DNA from: Octopus vulgaris
Taxonomy: Eukaryota
NCBI GenBank assembly: GCA_951406725.2
Contig: OX597817.1
Span: forward strand, 160,828,001 to 160,892,000
Direction of reading: 5' to 3'
Length of the DNA: 64,000 nucleotides
The position numbers and the translations under genes are program-made. The notes under the pieces were generated by a model that was not told the origin of the DNA, did no database searches, and was given only the letters and a program-made list of their open reading frames with translations. The stretch's first letter is position 1; each line of letters starts with the position of its first letter. This document shows, piece after piece, positions 43,371 to 55,388 of this stretch.

Positions 43371-46300
43371 CTGATAAACAGAGAAGATAGAGTTTTTAAC
43401 AGACCAAGGAAGATTTCAGTTGTCGTCATCGCCGTCATTCATTGTCGTCGACATCATCGTCGTTGCCGCCACCGCCGCAGGTAGACACGTAAAAAGACGG
43501 ACGGTCGGACAGATAGGCTGAGAAATGGATAGACAGACAGACAGACAGACAGACAGATAGATAGATAGATAGATAGATAGATATCTTTATTGGCCACACA
43601 GGGCTAAACACAGAAGGGACAAAATACAAAGTAGAGCTTTTCTTTTTGGGAAGAAGAGAAGGGGAAAAAAAAGAAAAAACGGGAGCGAATTCCGATCAAA
43701 AGGGATCGTGAAAAAAAAAGTGGGGCCGATCAATTGGAATCGTGTAGATAGATAGATAGATAGATAGATTTATAATAACAGAGATGGATAGCTATACTTG
43801 TATGTAAGTAGGCTAGGTGGGTAAGGCTTTAAACTTCATCCTGTATTTGGCCCTGGATGCGAAGGTTCCAGAGTTTTGAGGAATGTGGAACACCTCTTAG
43901 TCATTATTGGTTCCAGTTCTACTCTGACCCGGAATTGTATCACCAGCCAGGATCCCAGCTATAATTAGCATGTCACATAACTGCTTCAGGAAGCTGGTCG
44001 CTCACAAATATACCATGGGACACAGGGGCAGAGGATGTCCTTCAACTCTTTAGAAGCTCTTCTAAGAGAAATTAACTCCACACAAATCCGGCAATCTAAT
44101 AACTAATTCGTGGGACTTGTTGCACCAGACCAATACAAGTTTGAAGGGCGAGCGAATGGGGATAGCTCTGCACAAAACATATTCACAATAACATTCACTG
44201 TATAACTCGTTCAGTAAACCAAGACGTGGGTACCGGCACCATTACACTTTCTCCAGTGGCGATAAGGAAAACGACGACGTGGATGGTTACAGAATACTTC
44301 TGGAAGTATTCAACTTTCACTCTGCACTCAGGCGACCATATGGTGATGGTCGTTCTCCACAAATCTGGAGCAGATATAGATTTTGTAATGTGACGGAGTA
44401 GACCTCTTTAGGTGCAGTACTGCTCTCCTCAATTCAAGGACAGTTAACTGAAAAGTGACCCGAAACAAAACCAGCTAGGCCGCCATCCTTGGCAAGTCAT
44501 CCAATAGCGTGGTTGAAGAAAAAGGAAGTACACTATTCAGCTGTCTCGCTGAAATCTCATTTGTTGAAGTAATGAAACAATCTTGCAGGAAAGTAACAAA
44601 CTATACGGCAAGCTAAATAATTAACTTGGTGATTTCATTTGAAACTGCCATGTAAATTTATGGACTAGTAGGGACAGACACATGTCCGTCTCTAAAAGGG
44701 TGCACTGGGCGACACTGAGCCTTCCTCACTATTCAATGGTGCACCCTCAGAGTCAGAAAATACAGTTTACGAAAATCTTCCCGCAATACGTTTCTTGAAG
44801 CCTCGCTTACTTTTCTCCTTATACCAGGACCAAAAATAATTATTATATAATAATAAACCAGACAAACCAAAGAGACTGGTCAAAACTTCTCCAAGGAAAC
44901 AGAGGAAGAAGTGATACCGAATGAAAGAAGAAAAAACAAAAACGAAAAACGTCAACACACACACACAATAGACTTGATGTAATGATTTGGGATGGAGAAG
45001 AGAAACTGTGTACAGATGTGGAAATGAGCTGTCCAGAGGGAGAAGCGGATAATTAGACAGACACAGAGAAAGACAAGCAAATTTAAACAGCGAGTGACGT
45101 AAAACAAGAGACAAGCAGACAGATTTTCAGAACCATTTGTTACTTACATATTCATACCGCCTGTTACGTCCGTCCTTTTGGAATCTAAGAAAAAAGCTTC
45201 TGTTGCCTCTGCAAAGTATTCATGGGCATTCGCCATAGCATAAGTACCGAGTTTCCACAGTTGTCTATTATAGGCATTTCTGTAAGCAGCCCCAATCTGT
45301 ACGGAATAAAATATGTTGAATTAGAAATTAGGCTACTAAAAATAACAAAATGTCTTCTATATTTATGTATAAAGAGGACAGAGGTAACCGGAATGTTTCT
45401 GTCTAGAATACTGTATGTGGCAGTGAGCTTCCTGCAGATCTAGCTTTGGAATGTGTTGTGTGGACGCCCCCAGACGATGAAGTAGGCTACCCTAATACGT
45501 AGATATAGAGGGAGAAGTCTAGACGTCAGAGTTGAGTAGAGGTCATCCGAACGTGCGATATAACAGTGGCGACGAGGATTTCGTAGCACACACAGCCACT
45601 GTGTATTATTGTGATATAACAGAATGCAAGGACGCTTTCCGCCAATTTTAAGCTCAGGCACTTTCGTTATATACACGTAGCTATCATTTCCCATTTTGAT
45701 CTTCTTTGTGACACCATCACATTCGACAGGGAGTTGCACAAATTGTTGGTGATGGAAAAGCGTTGTTGCAATCATTGTGAGTACCGTAAATACTGCCGTA
45801 CCTTTTCTGTACTCAATTTCTTGTTTCCGGTGAATCGGGGGAGATCACTTCATGCACTCTCTTTCATAAGTGGACAACTGTGTAGTGATATATATATAAT
45901 CAAAATAAGTAACAGGATGTCTAGTATTAGTGCAATACGACCGTTTCAAGCGGCTCCATTTAATTGAACAATGCAAGCATTACATCGATATAACTACAGT
46001 GCCATCTTCAGTTGCAAAAAATATGGATTTTCGACAGACAAGACATATTAAATATAATTTTTCTCAAATATTTTATCAGAGCTAGAGGATGAAAGAATTT
46101 CATGTTGTCACTATTGCAGCAAGAATAAGCTAAAAGAAGAGAAACTACAATTTTGGAGTGACATGGAATGGAACACAGTGAAGGTCATAGGATTCTGATT
46201 CAGTTCTAATTTTTTTTATCTACCTTCTTATTACCAACAAAAGATCTAAGGATAGTAGACTGCTTTATTGAGAATTTGAAGTGTACAGTATTATGGATTC

Positions 46301-48244
46301 ATACTATACACTTCGGATGGTATACCCACTCTATTGACAGCTATACAAGTGCATCTTTTCCCTGACTTATGAACCGTTAGACGACTTACTTACGTGTGTA
46401 TACAATATATATATATACATATAGTATAGTGTCACTGCGGCTTATGGAAACGCAGACAGGCCAGGAGAGGGAATATCGAACTAACCGAAACGTCCGTGAT
46501 AGTGACAACGATTGAAGACGGTGACAATCATAAAGATTATGCGAATGCTATGTAACTGAAATTCTTTACCTTATTTTTCCACATTTGCGGCACATATTTA
46601 TGAACAAGATGTCCGAATTCATGGTTCAAAATGCTTTCTGAATGACCGTATGGATCACCTGGAGAACACATGACATTTTCAGCAAGAACACAAGCCCTGG
46701 TGTTGGTCAGCCCAGCGATGGACTGCCATTTCCGACCGTCAAAGGTACACGTGACTGAACATTTACCCGAACATCTGTCTATAAAAACAAGGATAAAATA
46801 ATGAACAATGGAAAATGAAAAAGCATTATCGAACGCATAGACAACAAAAGTGTCTTAATATAAGAAATTTACTATGGTTTAATTGTTAGTTTAAGTTTAT
46901 TAAATGGAATAAGTTTGTCTGCCGTAAGAAGAATGGAATTGTAATGGTTCTTTGTTAGAGGAGAGGTATTGTTCTTGGTCAGATCTACCGGTCAAGGCAG
47001 AGTATGCATCTGCAAATGTATGCCGAGATTTGAACAGGATTTTTTTAAAGACAATATCAATTACCCAAGCGACAACACAGCTGACTTCATGATTTCGTTC
47101 ACTAAGCTACATTACTTTATGGAGTGCATTTTAAAATTTACTGTACGTATTTTAATATGATTTTATGTGCTTTTAACGGTTTTCTAGTGATTTTACGATT
47201 CTAATATTTGAGGCGGACAGACGTAAAGTCGGGTAAAATGACTTAACTTGATTTCTATTTTTCCATAAATTATTTTTGAAAGCCGACGTATAATCGAGAA
47301 CGACTTAAATGGAAACGACTTAAGCCAAGGTATGCCAGTGTATATATAATTCTATATTTAAGAGATGAGGAATTATGTACATTATTTACATTTGACGGGT
47401 ATTTGTCCTCATCTTGTTTGTTGTTAACACAATGTTTCGACTGATATACCCTCCAGCCTTCATCAGATGTCTTGGAGAAATTTCTAACCTGGATTCTCAT
47501 TCCTAAGGTATTTTTCGATGCTATTATTATTATTGAGTGAGAGAGCAGCGCATGCCATCAAAGTGACCCTGGGATAAAATATACGAAGCCCAGTATACCC
47601 ATCATGACTACCCGTCTGATAAGGGTATACCAGGCACATGCATCACAACCATATATGCGCAACATGGTGAACTCATATCAAGATAAACAGCGCATGACCT
47701 TGCAGGTGGGGCCCAGTTAGAATTTTCTTCTGGTCGAGTAGCCCATCCCACTCAAAAGGTCCCTGAATAAAGATTGTTTAAGGATATTGAACGAAACATC
47801 CATGTTTCCAAAGGTGAATTATCCAAACTTCTAATAATTCCTTTCACCACACGGCTATGATGCTCCCCCACTACTTCAGCTCGTGATCAGAGATGCACAT
47901 ATCATCAGCCACTAAGGGACATGCTCAACTGGTTTAGGTCAAACAACTGACAAGCAAATCTGTGGTATTGAGCAGAATATTTGCTGTAGCCCATCTTTTA
48001 TACCAAGACAAAACAATGTACATGATAATACTTCCAAACAGTTATATTATTATTATTATTATTATTGTTGTTGTTGTTGTTGTTGTTGCTGTTGCTATTA
48101 ATTATTATCTTCGGGTTAGTAGCCCACGCTCTTAACCACTTCGTCATATGCCATATGCCCAGGGGCATATGGCATATGACGTAGTAGTTAAGAGCACGGG
48201 CTACTAATCCCAAGATTCCGAGTTCAACTCTAGGCAGTGACCTG

Positions 48245-48312
<68 letters not shown>

Positions 48313-48749
48313 CAACAACAACACCGAAAAATACCTTAGGAATGAGATGCCAGGTTCGAAATTTCCCCAAGATACCTGATGAAGGCTGGAGGGTATATCA
48401 GCCGAAATGTTGCGTTAACAACTACTTCTTCTACTTGAAGAAGAATCTCCCAGATAATGTGTAATCTTTCGAGTGAACTTTCGTTATTTTTCCCTCTATA
48501 CCGACGTGTAATATTTTCGAGTATACATTATCTGGGAGACTCTTCTTAAAGTAGAAGAAATAGCTAAATTCTTGGGCTGCTATTTCTAAAAGTTCGGTGT
48601 GTGGTAAAGCAATTTTTTGCTGAACCCTATTATATAAAATAATGTTTAAATTTACCGTTAAATGGTCCTTTTACATACTGAACACTGCTTGGTAAAATTA
48701 TTAATTACTAATTAATTAATTAATTTTACCCATATTATTATTATTGACA

Positions 48750-48780
<31 letters not shown>

Positions 48781-48822
48781 CATACATACATACATACATA
48801 CATACATACATACATACATACA

Positions 48823-48854
<32 letters not shown>

Positions 48855-48855
48855 C

Positions 48856-48904
<49 letters not shown>

Positions 48905-50727
48905 TACATATATATATATCAATTATACAGGTTTCCGTACTACTTCCATCTACCAAATTCATACACAAAGCATTGGTCGGCCCGGAACAATACTACAAGA
49001 CACTTGTCCAAGGTACTGTGGAGTGGGACTGAGCCCGAAACCAAATGGTTGTGAAACGAACTTGTGAAATACGTAGCCATATCTGAATGATTATTTGGAA
49101 TTGTGGTCTAAAAATAAACTGGTATTGGCTGCTTTGTAAAAAGAACAACAGGGATAAACAAGAAAGCGTTTTAAAACGCCGACTGGTTAACTGTCACAAA
49201 CCATTGCATTCATTATTTGGCATAACAAAAGTGGATTAATAAATCAATATTAAGTTTACGCAAAGAAGCAGGGTTTTTTAAAAAAAAAAATTGCTGAGCT
49301 CAGAGGTGAATAAATATTGGTTTCAAATTTTGGCACAAGACCAGCAAGTTCGATTTCATCGATCAGTGGTACTTATTTTATCGACCCCGAAAAGATGAGA
49401 AGCAAAGTCGACCTCGGTGGTATTTAAACACATAATGTAAAGACGGACGAAATGTCGCTAAGCATTTTGTCTGGCGTGCTAACAATTCTTCCAGGTCACC
49501 ACTTTACAGGGGTGAATAAAAATTGATCAGTTTATGGAAAATATTTTCACCCTTTGTAATTAGAGCGTGGAAGGCTCATTATAGCCAGTCAAAGCACACA
49601 GAGAAATTATTTATTTAATTGTTTATCATTTGATGCCAGTAACGAGGTCGCGGGTAATACGACGTGCATTTTGACGCCAAAAACAATAAAGTGAGGTTAA
49701 CAGCTCCTGTGTGTTCTCAGATAAATTCACTTGCCAGACAAGTAGAACTCTATGAAATTTTCACCTTTTACTCTTTTACTCTTTTACTTGTTTCAGTCAT
49801 TTGACTGCGGCCATGCTGGAGCACCGCCTTTAGTCGAGCAAATCGACCCCCAGGACTTTATTCTTTGTAAGCCTAGTACTTATTCTATCGGTCTCTTTTG
49901 CCGAACCGCTAAGTGACGGGGACGTAAGCACACCAGCATCGGTTGTCAAGCGATGTTGGGGGGGGGGGGACAAACACAGACACACAAACACACACGCATA
50001 TATATACATATATACGACGGGCTTCTTTCAGTTTCCGTCTACCAAATCCACTCACAAGGCTTTGGTCGGCCCGAGGCTATAGTAGAAGACACTTGCCCAA
50101 GGTGCCACGCAGTGGGACTGAACCCGGAACCATGTGGTTGGTAAGCAACTACTTACCACACAGCCACTCCTGCAAACATAAATTACTTGGTTGCAGTGAC
50201 CAGGTTGCAGACAGTGCGACGAAAATCTTGACACCAAATAAATAAATGCTTAAATGAAATCAGCAAATTCTGTTTGTTCTCAGATCAAATTACTTGCTAA
50301 ACAAGGGTCACTCTGAAATGTTCACCCTTTATAAAACTTAAACATAATGGTAAATATACAAACTGTAGCATTCTGGATAATCTGCAAGATTAGAATTTTC
50401 GGGGAAAATAGTTGGTCCTTCAGCAGGACTAAAGAGGCCGACACCGAGTGATCTGGTTAAACCCATGAAGACTTCATTTGGTGAATACTTGATCATATGA
50501 GCAACAATATGAGCCGCCTGTAAAGATAGAATCATAGTTTGGTAAGGTTTTGAGAAATTGTATTATTCAATGTAGCAAGGCAGGTCGAGACATTTGAAGA
50601 CATCATAATAACAAGCAAAGTGTATGCTTTACTTCAACAGAGCTAGCAAGGATAGGACGTTTCTATGTGGTTGTTTGACCATCTAGAAATAGCAACCAAG
50701 TTCCTTCAAATCGAATCATAAATTTTT

Positions 50728-50776
<49 letters not shown>

Positions 50777-52768
50777 GAAGAAGAAGAAGAAGAAGAAGAA
50801 GAAGAAGAAGAAGAAGAAGAAGACGACTCAGTTTTGCCAATGTAATTTCAAAACGTTCTATATACAAAAAAAAAAGAGGATGGTCATGGCTGGAATACCT
50901 TTGATCATAGGTCTTTTCAATCAGAGCTAACCTGAGAGTAAACAATTACTAAAACCTTTCTCTTAATATGCATGATATTGAACCTAAGCTCTTTGCTATG
51001 ATCTGTACTAAATACCTTTAGATGTACAAAGAGTTACAATGAACTCTCTATCTCGTGGCCTATAGTAGCGAGCCTCCTGCTATGAATAACATTACGATTC
51101 CATTGTTGCTGTAACCCATGCCTAAGAGCTTCTCGCTTTGACTTCTAGTCTCAACTCGTAGTCATGACTTTTAAACCGTGGCACTTGCGACTAACTAGCA
51201 TTCGATGTTTCGTCCTAAATAAGCTTTGCAATTGATTTTCCTATCTTATAAACTTCAGTACCAGACCAAATGACCGGTTAGCTTGGGATCAGAAGTGGCA
51301 CAGATTTCTGGATTTTCCGGTTTCTGGAGACAGTTAAAATGTAAAATAAACTATGAGCAAAGAGCTAAATTGTTATTATAGTTGCAAATTAATACACCCC
51401 TAAAGCCGGGTCTATTTGATATCGATTAATCCACTTAAAATATATCATACTATTGGGTTGTCCGGAAAGTTCGTGCCGATTTATAGTAGCTTACCTTTCG
51501 ACTTATTTTAGAACATGGTTGAGTCCATAAAATAGGATTTGACTACACCTCCATTTAGAGCACAGTTTATGCTTTCTTTTCGTGGAAGAAGGGTTATGTT
51601 CCTATAACCTGTGTTAATTCTGTAACCCTTTAAAATGGAAGATAAGAAGGTTCATTTTCGGCACTTGATGCTTTGGGAACCAGACGGAAATTGCAGCAGC
51701 TCGGCTGGGATGTGTTACTCCACCCTCCATATTCACCAGATATTGCTACTTCGGATTTCCACTTATTCAGGTCTCTGCAGAATAGTCTAAATGGTAAACA
51801 TTTCAATTCCTTGGATGACGTAAAAAGATACCTTGATGAATTCTTTGCCATGAAACCACCTCAATTCTGGGAAGATGGTATTTTCAAGTTAAAGGAAAGA
51901 TGGAGATGCATTGTGCAACAAAATGGTTCATATTTGGTTGATTAAAAATGTAATGGCAAGTATTTATTGACCTTTTTCTTTACTTTAAAAATCGGCACTA
52001 AATTTCCGGACAACCCAATATATATTGGTGCTACTTTAGCGTGCGGCCTACTGCCATATCCTGTCTACTCTGTGAAATTACGTTTTAGCGTGCGATCTGC
52101 CTTTTCTTACCTTCTTAACCTGAGATAATTTAAAATTAAATTTAACCATTACAATGCTGTTAAAGGATTTCTATAGACGTATAATTTTTACAGAGGAAAC
52201 AGCAGTTGCATTTTTACAAGAAAACAATCTTCTGGATACATCACAAGAAGCAAACCCTTGTCATCAATGTGGTAGCGTCATGCAAGAAAAAACGAAAACG
52301 TGACAGGAGCACAGGCTATTGAGAGATCATAGTTGGATTCCAAAACACCTATTTTAAAGAAAATGAGAGGCGTTAATAGTGAACTTTTTCAGTCACACTT
52401 TGATCGCTTTTGCTGGAAAGTTTTGAGAAGAGATGCAGCAGATTTGTTTGCGGCATTCCAAAATGATGTACAAAGTGTGTATCGTTAATTAAGATTTAAG
52501 TGTAAGCTATTAATAAATCGAACAGTTGTATACGGCCAACTTAACGTGACAGTCCCATAAAGGGAATCACACCACCGCTATTTAGCCCTAGGAAGCATCA
52601 ACGCTTCCTGTCGGCCTTGACATATTTCCTGTGTCCTTATGGTTACAAATGGGAGACAAGCACCCCCATCCAGCTAAGCCTGCATCCAGAGACATGTTTC
52701 TGAGTATTTGCTCGTCATCAGTCTGGAGTAGCATGGCCTGCTAGCTGAAGATACCTGTCTAGACTGTA

Positions 52769-52802
<34 letters not shown>

Positions 52803-52848
52803 TACAAAGTCTAGACAGGTATTTTCAGCTAGCGGCCATGCTACTCCA

Positions 52849-52879
<31 letters not shown>

Positions 52880-55349
52880 CGGAAGGTTTGGTGATGATGT
52901 ACAGGTATTATATATTAGAAAAATTGAGGACTGATCATGGTTCGTATTTGTAGATATTTATTTATATATTACAGTTGACATATATATCATATTCGGATTT
53001 CGGATTAGCGCTTGTAGTGAAAAGCCCACTAGAATATCGTAATCCGAAATCCGAATGATATGATATGATATATATGTAAAAAATGTAATATATATATCTA
53101 CAAATATGAACCAGATCTATTTCAAGATATATTATATATATTATATTATATATATATATTGCGGTGGTGTGATCTTTATGGGATTTATTGACAGTATACA
53201 ATGCTCTATCGTTCTGTATATCTTGAGATATTTAGAAATTTAATATTTCTATTATTAATAAATCATTATTCAACAATATTCAATTTGTTTTTATCATCCT
53301 GTAGTATTATGTTCTTATAGCGGAGGTAGATCGCACGCTAAGGTGTAAAAGGGTAAAAAAGGTAGACCGCACGCTTAAAGTAATTTCACAACGTAAACAG
53401 AATACTGAAGTAGACCGCACGCTAAAGTAGCACCATATTGTTTATGGGATGAGAAGTAAATGAAGAAAAGTTAAGAACATGACTTTATCTCACAGATACA
53501 AGTACAAATTTATATGCTTTTAAAGCAGAGTAGGTAAATCTTTATCAGTCCACATAAAAATAAAAAAAAGAAGAAAGTTATTTCTAACATTCTGTAAGCA
53601 AATTAACCAACTTCAAAAACATGGTCTGTTTACTTAATACAATGTACATCATTTGCACTTATCGCTCAACTAGCAGTATCGCCCGGCGTTGCTCGGGTTT
53701 GTAAGGGAAATAACTATAAAGCATTTTTAGAGAGTTATAGCCAAAAAATAGCAAAAAAATGGAAAAAAATGATGGTAAATTTTTTTTTTAGATAAAAAAG
53801 GTGGAGTTGCGTCCCCTAGACAGTTTGCGGTTTGTGTTTCTGATTCTCGACCCCATGTCGAATTTATCGATTTTTTTCAGAACTGGGAGAACTTTTCAAA
53901 ATTTTCGCTGCGTTAGTTTTGAATTATGACATTGGGCTATGTGTGTGTCAAGTTTCATCAGAATCGGTTGAAAGCCGTGGTCAGGGTGAGGGTACAAGCA
54001 AACAGACACACAGAAACACGCACAGACAAACTGCCGTTTATATAGAGAGAGATATTCTCGGATGTCTGGAAATTTCAGATTTCTAGAAGCTGAATAAGAG
54101 CTCCGTCACGAACTCTTCTTTATAACTGACATTAGAGGTTCTAAATCTACGTTATGACTTAAAGCAAGAATGTCAATAGCGGGGGGGGGGGCTATTTTAA
54201 AGGAGTTTTTTGTGGAGTCTGGGAGCAGTAAACGGAAGGGTCGCCCCAAGCGGCACACACTAGAGCTATGTGGGAGGAGTGGTGGGGACCTCGAAGTTTC
54301 CCACCAATGGGGGGGTTGTCTCGTGGGTCTTTTTTTCTTTTCCAGGTTATTTTGCATGCTTTCAACGAATGTGACATCAAAATTACGCGTAAACGGCTCC
54401 TTTTTTCAGAAAAGTAAAGATTTGGCTGCTATTTCTAGCATGCCCTGCTGCCACATAGCGACTATTTGCGTTCACACCGAAATATTTACCAACTTTTTAC
54501 CTTCCATTAATTTTTTCCACTTTATGGCAGTCAAAATATGTATGCGTATACATATGTGTGTGTTCGTGCGCGTGTGCGAGCGCGTTTGTGTTTGCCAACA
54601 ACTACCGCTTGACAACCGGTGTTGGTTTATTTACATCTCTGTAATTTAGCGGTTCGCCAAGAGGAAGCTTCACAGAAAAAAATTAATTACTGTGGTCGAT
54701 TCGCTGGAGTACATAAAAAAGAAAGAAAAAGCCTTCCATGCATGGCCGCAGTATAACGACTGAAACAAATACAAAATGAATTGATTAATAAAAAGAAATT
54801 AACGGAAAACATGCGTGCAACAGAGTCGTTACAAGGCAAAACATCTTTCTCGCGTCCGGTGTCACCGAGAAGCGTTACCATGGCAGCGTTAAAGGCGTCG
54901 TCTGCAGATCATATAACAAATACCTACCTTTCGCATGGCTTCTGCTTTGACAGTGGACGTTGCAGTAATGGTGATGCTGGGCTGTGAAGGTCTGTAAGTG
55001 TGCGAATTCCCATCGTGAGTCACATAAATGTGGCGGAAGGACATGCGCTGTCCGATGTAAGATACACTGCACAGAGATTGAAATTGAAATATAGAGGAAC
55101 GTAATGCAACCATGTGCGTATTTGTTGCGTGTGCATGTGCGTGCACGTGTGCACACACACAAATACATACATACACAAACACACACATACATACATAGAC
55201 ACGCGCACACACACATATATATAGTACTTATATATGGCACACACGTATACATGCATATACACAAACGCATGCATGTGTGGTGTGTGTGTGTGTGTGTGAT
55301 TCTGTGTATGTGTTTGTATGTGTGTGATTCTGTGTATGTGTTTGTGTGG

Positions 55350-55388
<39 letters not shown>

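Noticed and set aside
45440-45775. 111-aa minus-strand ORF inside the peptidase gene
   Set aside because: Overlaps a dispersed repeat also seen at about 12290-12450 and is not needed for the phase-consistent gene model.
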